Of a stretch of DNA of 64,000 nucleotides, positions 63,515 to 64,000 are shown piece by piece; the stretch's first letter is position 1, and each line of letters starts with the position of its first letter. Made by a program: the position numbers and the translations under genes. The DNA comes from an uncultured delta proteobacterium. GTDB taxonomy: Bacteria > Myxococcota_A > Polyangia > Fen-1088. The DNA lies in assembly GCA_963737265.1 (NCBI GenBank), contig CAVTRY010000011.1, forward strand, positions 1-64,000, given 5' to 3'. Under the pieces are notes generated by a model. That model worked only from the letters and a program-made list of their open reading frames with translations. It ran no database searches and had not been told where the DNA came from.

Positions 63515-64000
63515 ATGCTTCTCCCTGTCGTCTTTCTTCCCCTGGCCGCGGTTCTCATCAACGACGCCAAGACCGACTTTTCCAATCACGCCATCACCGT
63601 CGATATCGCGACATCGGAACCAGTCCTGCGCGAGGATGTGCGTGGCGTCTCGGGTGGTCCACGCCGCTTGTACATCTATCTCAACGACACGGTGGCGAGC
63701 CATCGAGAGTTTGGCGCGGGACCCGACGCCATCGTCGTGCGCCCGCGCGCTCGTTACACCAAATTGGAGGTTCCCACGCCCGCTCGTTGCGCGGAACCGC
63801 TTTCGATCGAGCAGACGCCGGCCGGCATTCGCGTGCGGGCGACTTGCCGAGACGTCGGTCCAAATGGAAGTGTTTTTACCGCGCCTGCAGTCCTGCGAAA
63901 CACCGCGGACGCGGAGCGGCCCGAGCCGGATGCGCCTCGGTCGGCGATGGTGCGAGGTAAGGTGCACGAGGACTTGCTGAGAGCCGCGCTCGCGATTCCC
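63515..64000 (+). CDS. Probable FliO with N-terminal extracytoplasmic domain (partial)
   Basis: GGAGG RBS, ATG 63515, hydrophobic N-terminus, open to the window end; the call rests on its position after fliN. Confidence 0.5.
   Translation, partial: MLLPVVFLPLAAVLINDAKTDFSNHAITVDIATSEPVLREDVRGVSGGPRRLYIYLNDTVASHREFGAGPDAIVVRPRARYTKLEVPTPARCAEPLSIEQTPAGIRVRATCRDVGPNGSVFTAPAVLRNTADAERPEPDAPRSAMVRGKVHEDLLRAALAIP

Overview
GC-rich bacterial DNA, most likely an uncultured Myxococcota/Polyangia-like organism (inferred from Cys-rich and Gly/Ser-rich lipoproteins, many hybrid kinases and several sigma54 sites). 1-3000: end of an IS231-like IS4 element abutting three integron gene cassettes, each a VapBC toxin-antitoxin pair bounded by attC sites; no integrase is visible. 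3-20 kb: secreted/lipoproteins, a GH13 enzyme, a BMP-type ABC importer, an orphan decaheme MtrC/OmcA cytochrome and a DUF429 protein. 20.5-38 kb: an interrupted cluster of three transglutaminases, DUF2126 ligase, alpha-E, circularly permuted ATP-grasp and N-formylglutamate amidohydrolase, with malic enzyme and a large CheR-PAS hybrid kinase inside it. 38-50 kb: two-component, sigma54 and ECF regulators, a zinc-ribbon repeat gene and a collapsed RND efflux remnant carrying a 158-bp MITE. 50-64 kb: ftsK-lolA, a nucleotidyltransferase-aminotransferase (PntC-AEPT-like) fusion, apaG, two kinases and fliLMN(O). Four single-base frameshifts fall in GATC/TCGA contexts and look like systematic sequencing errors. 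All family calls come from motif recognition by eye; no database searches were run.
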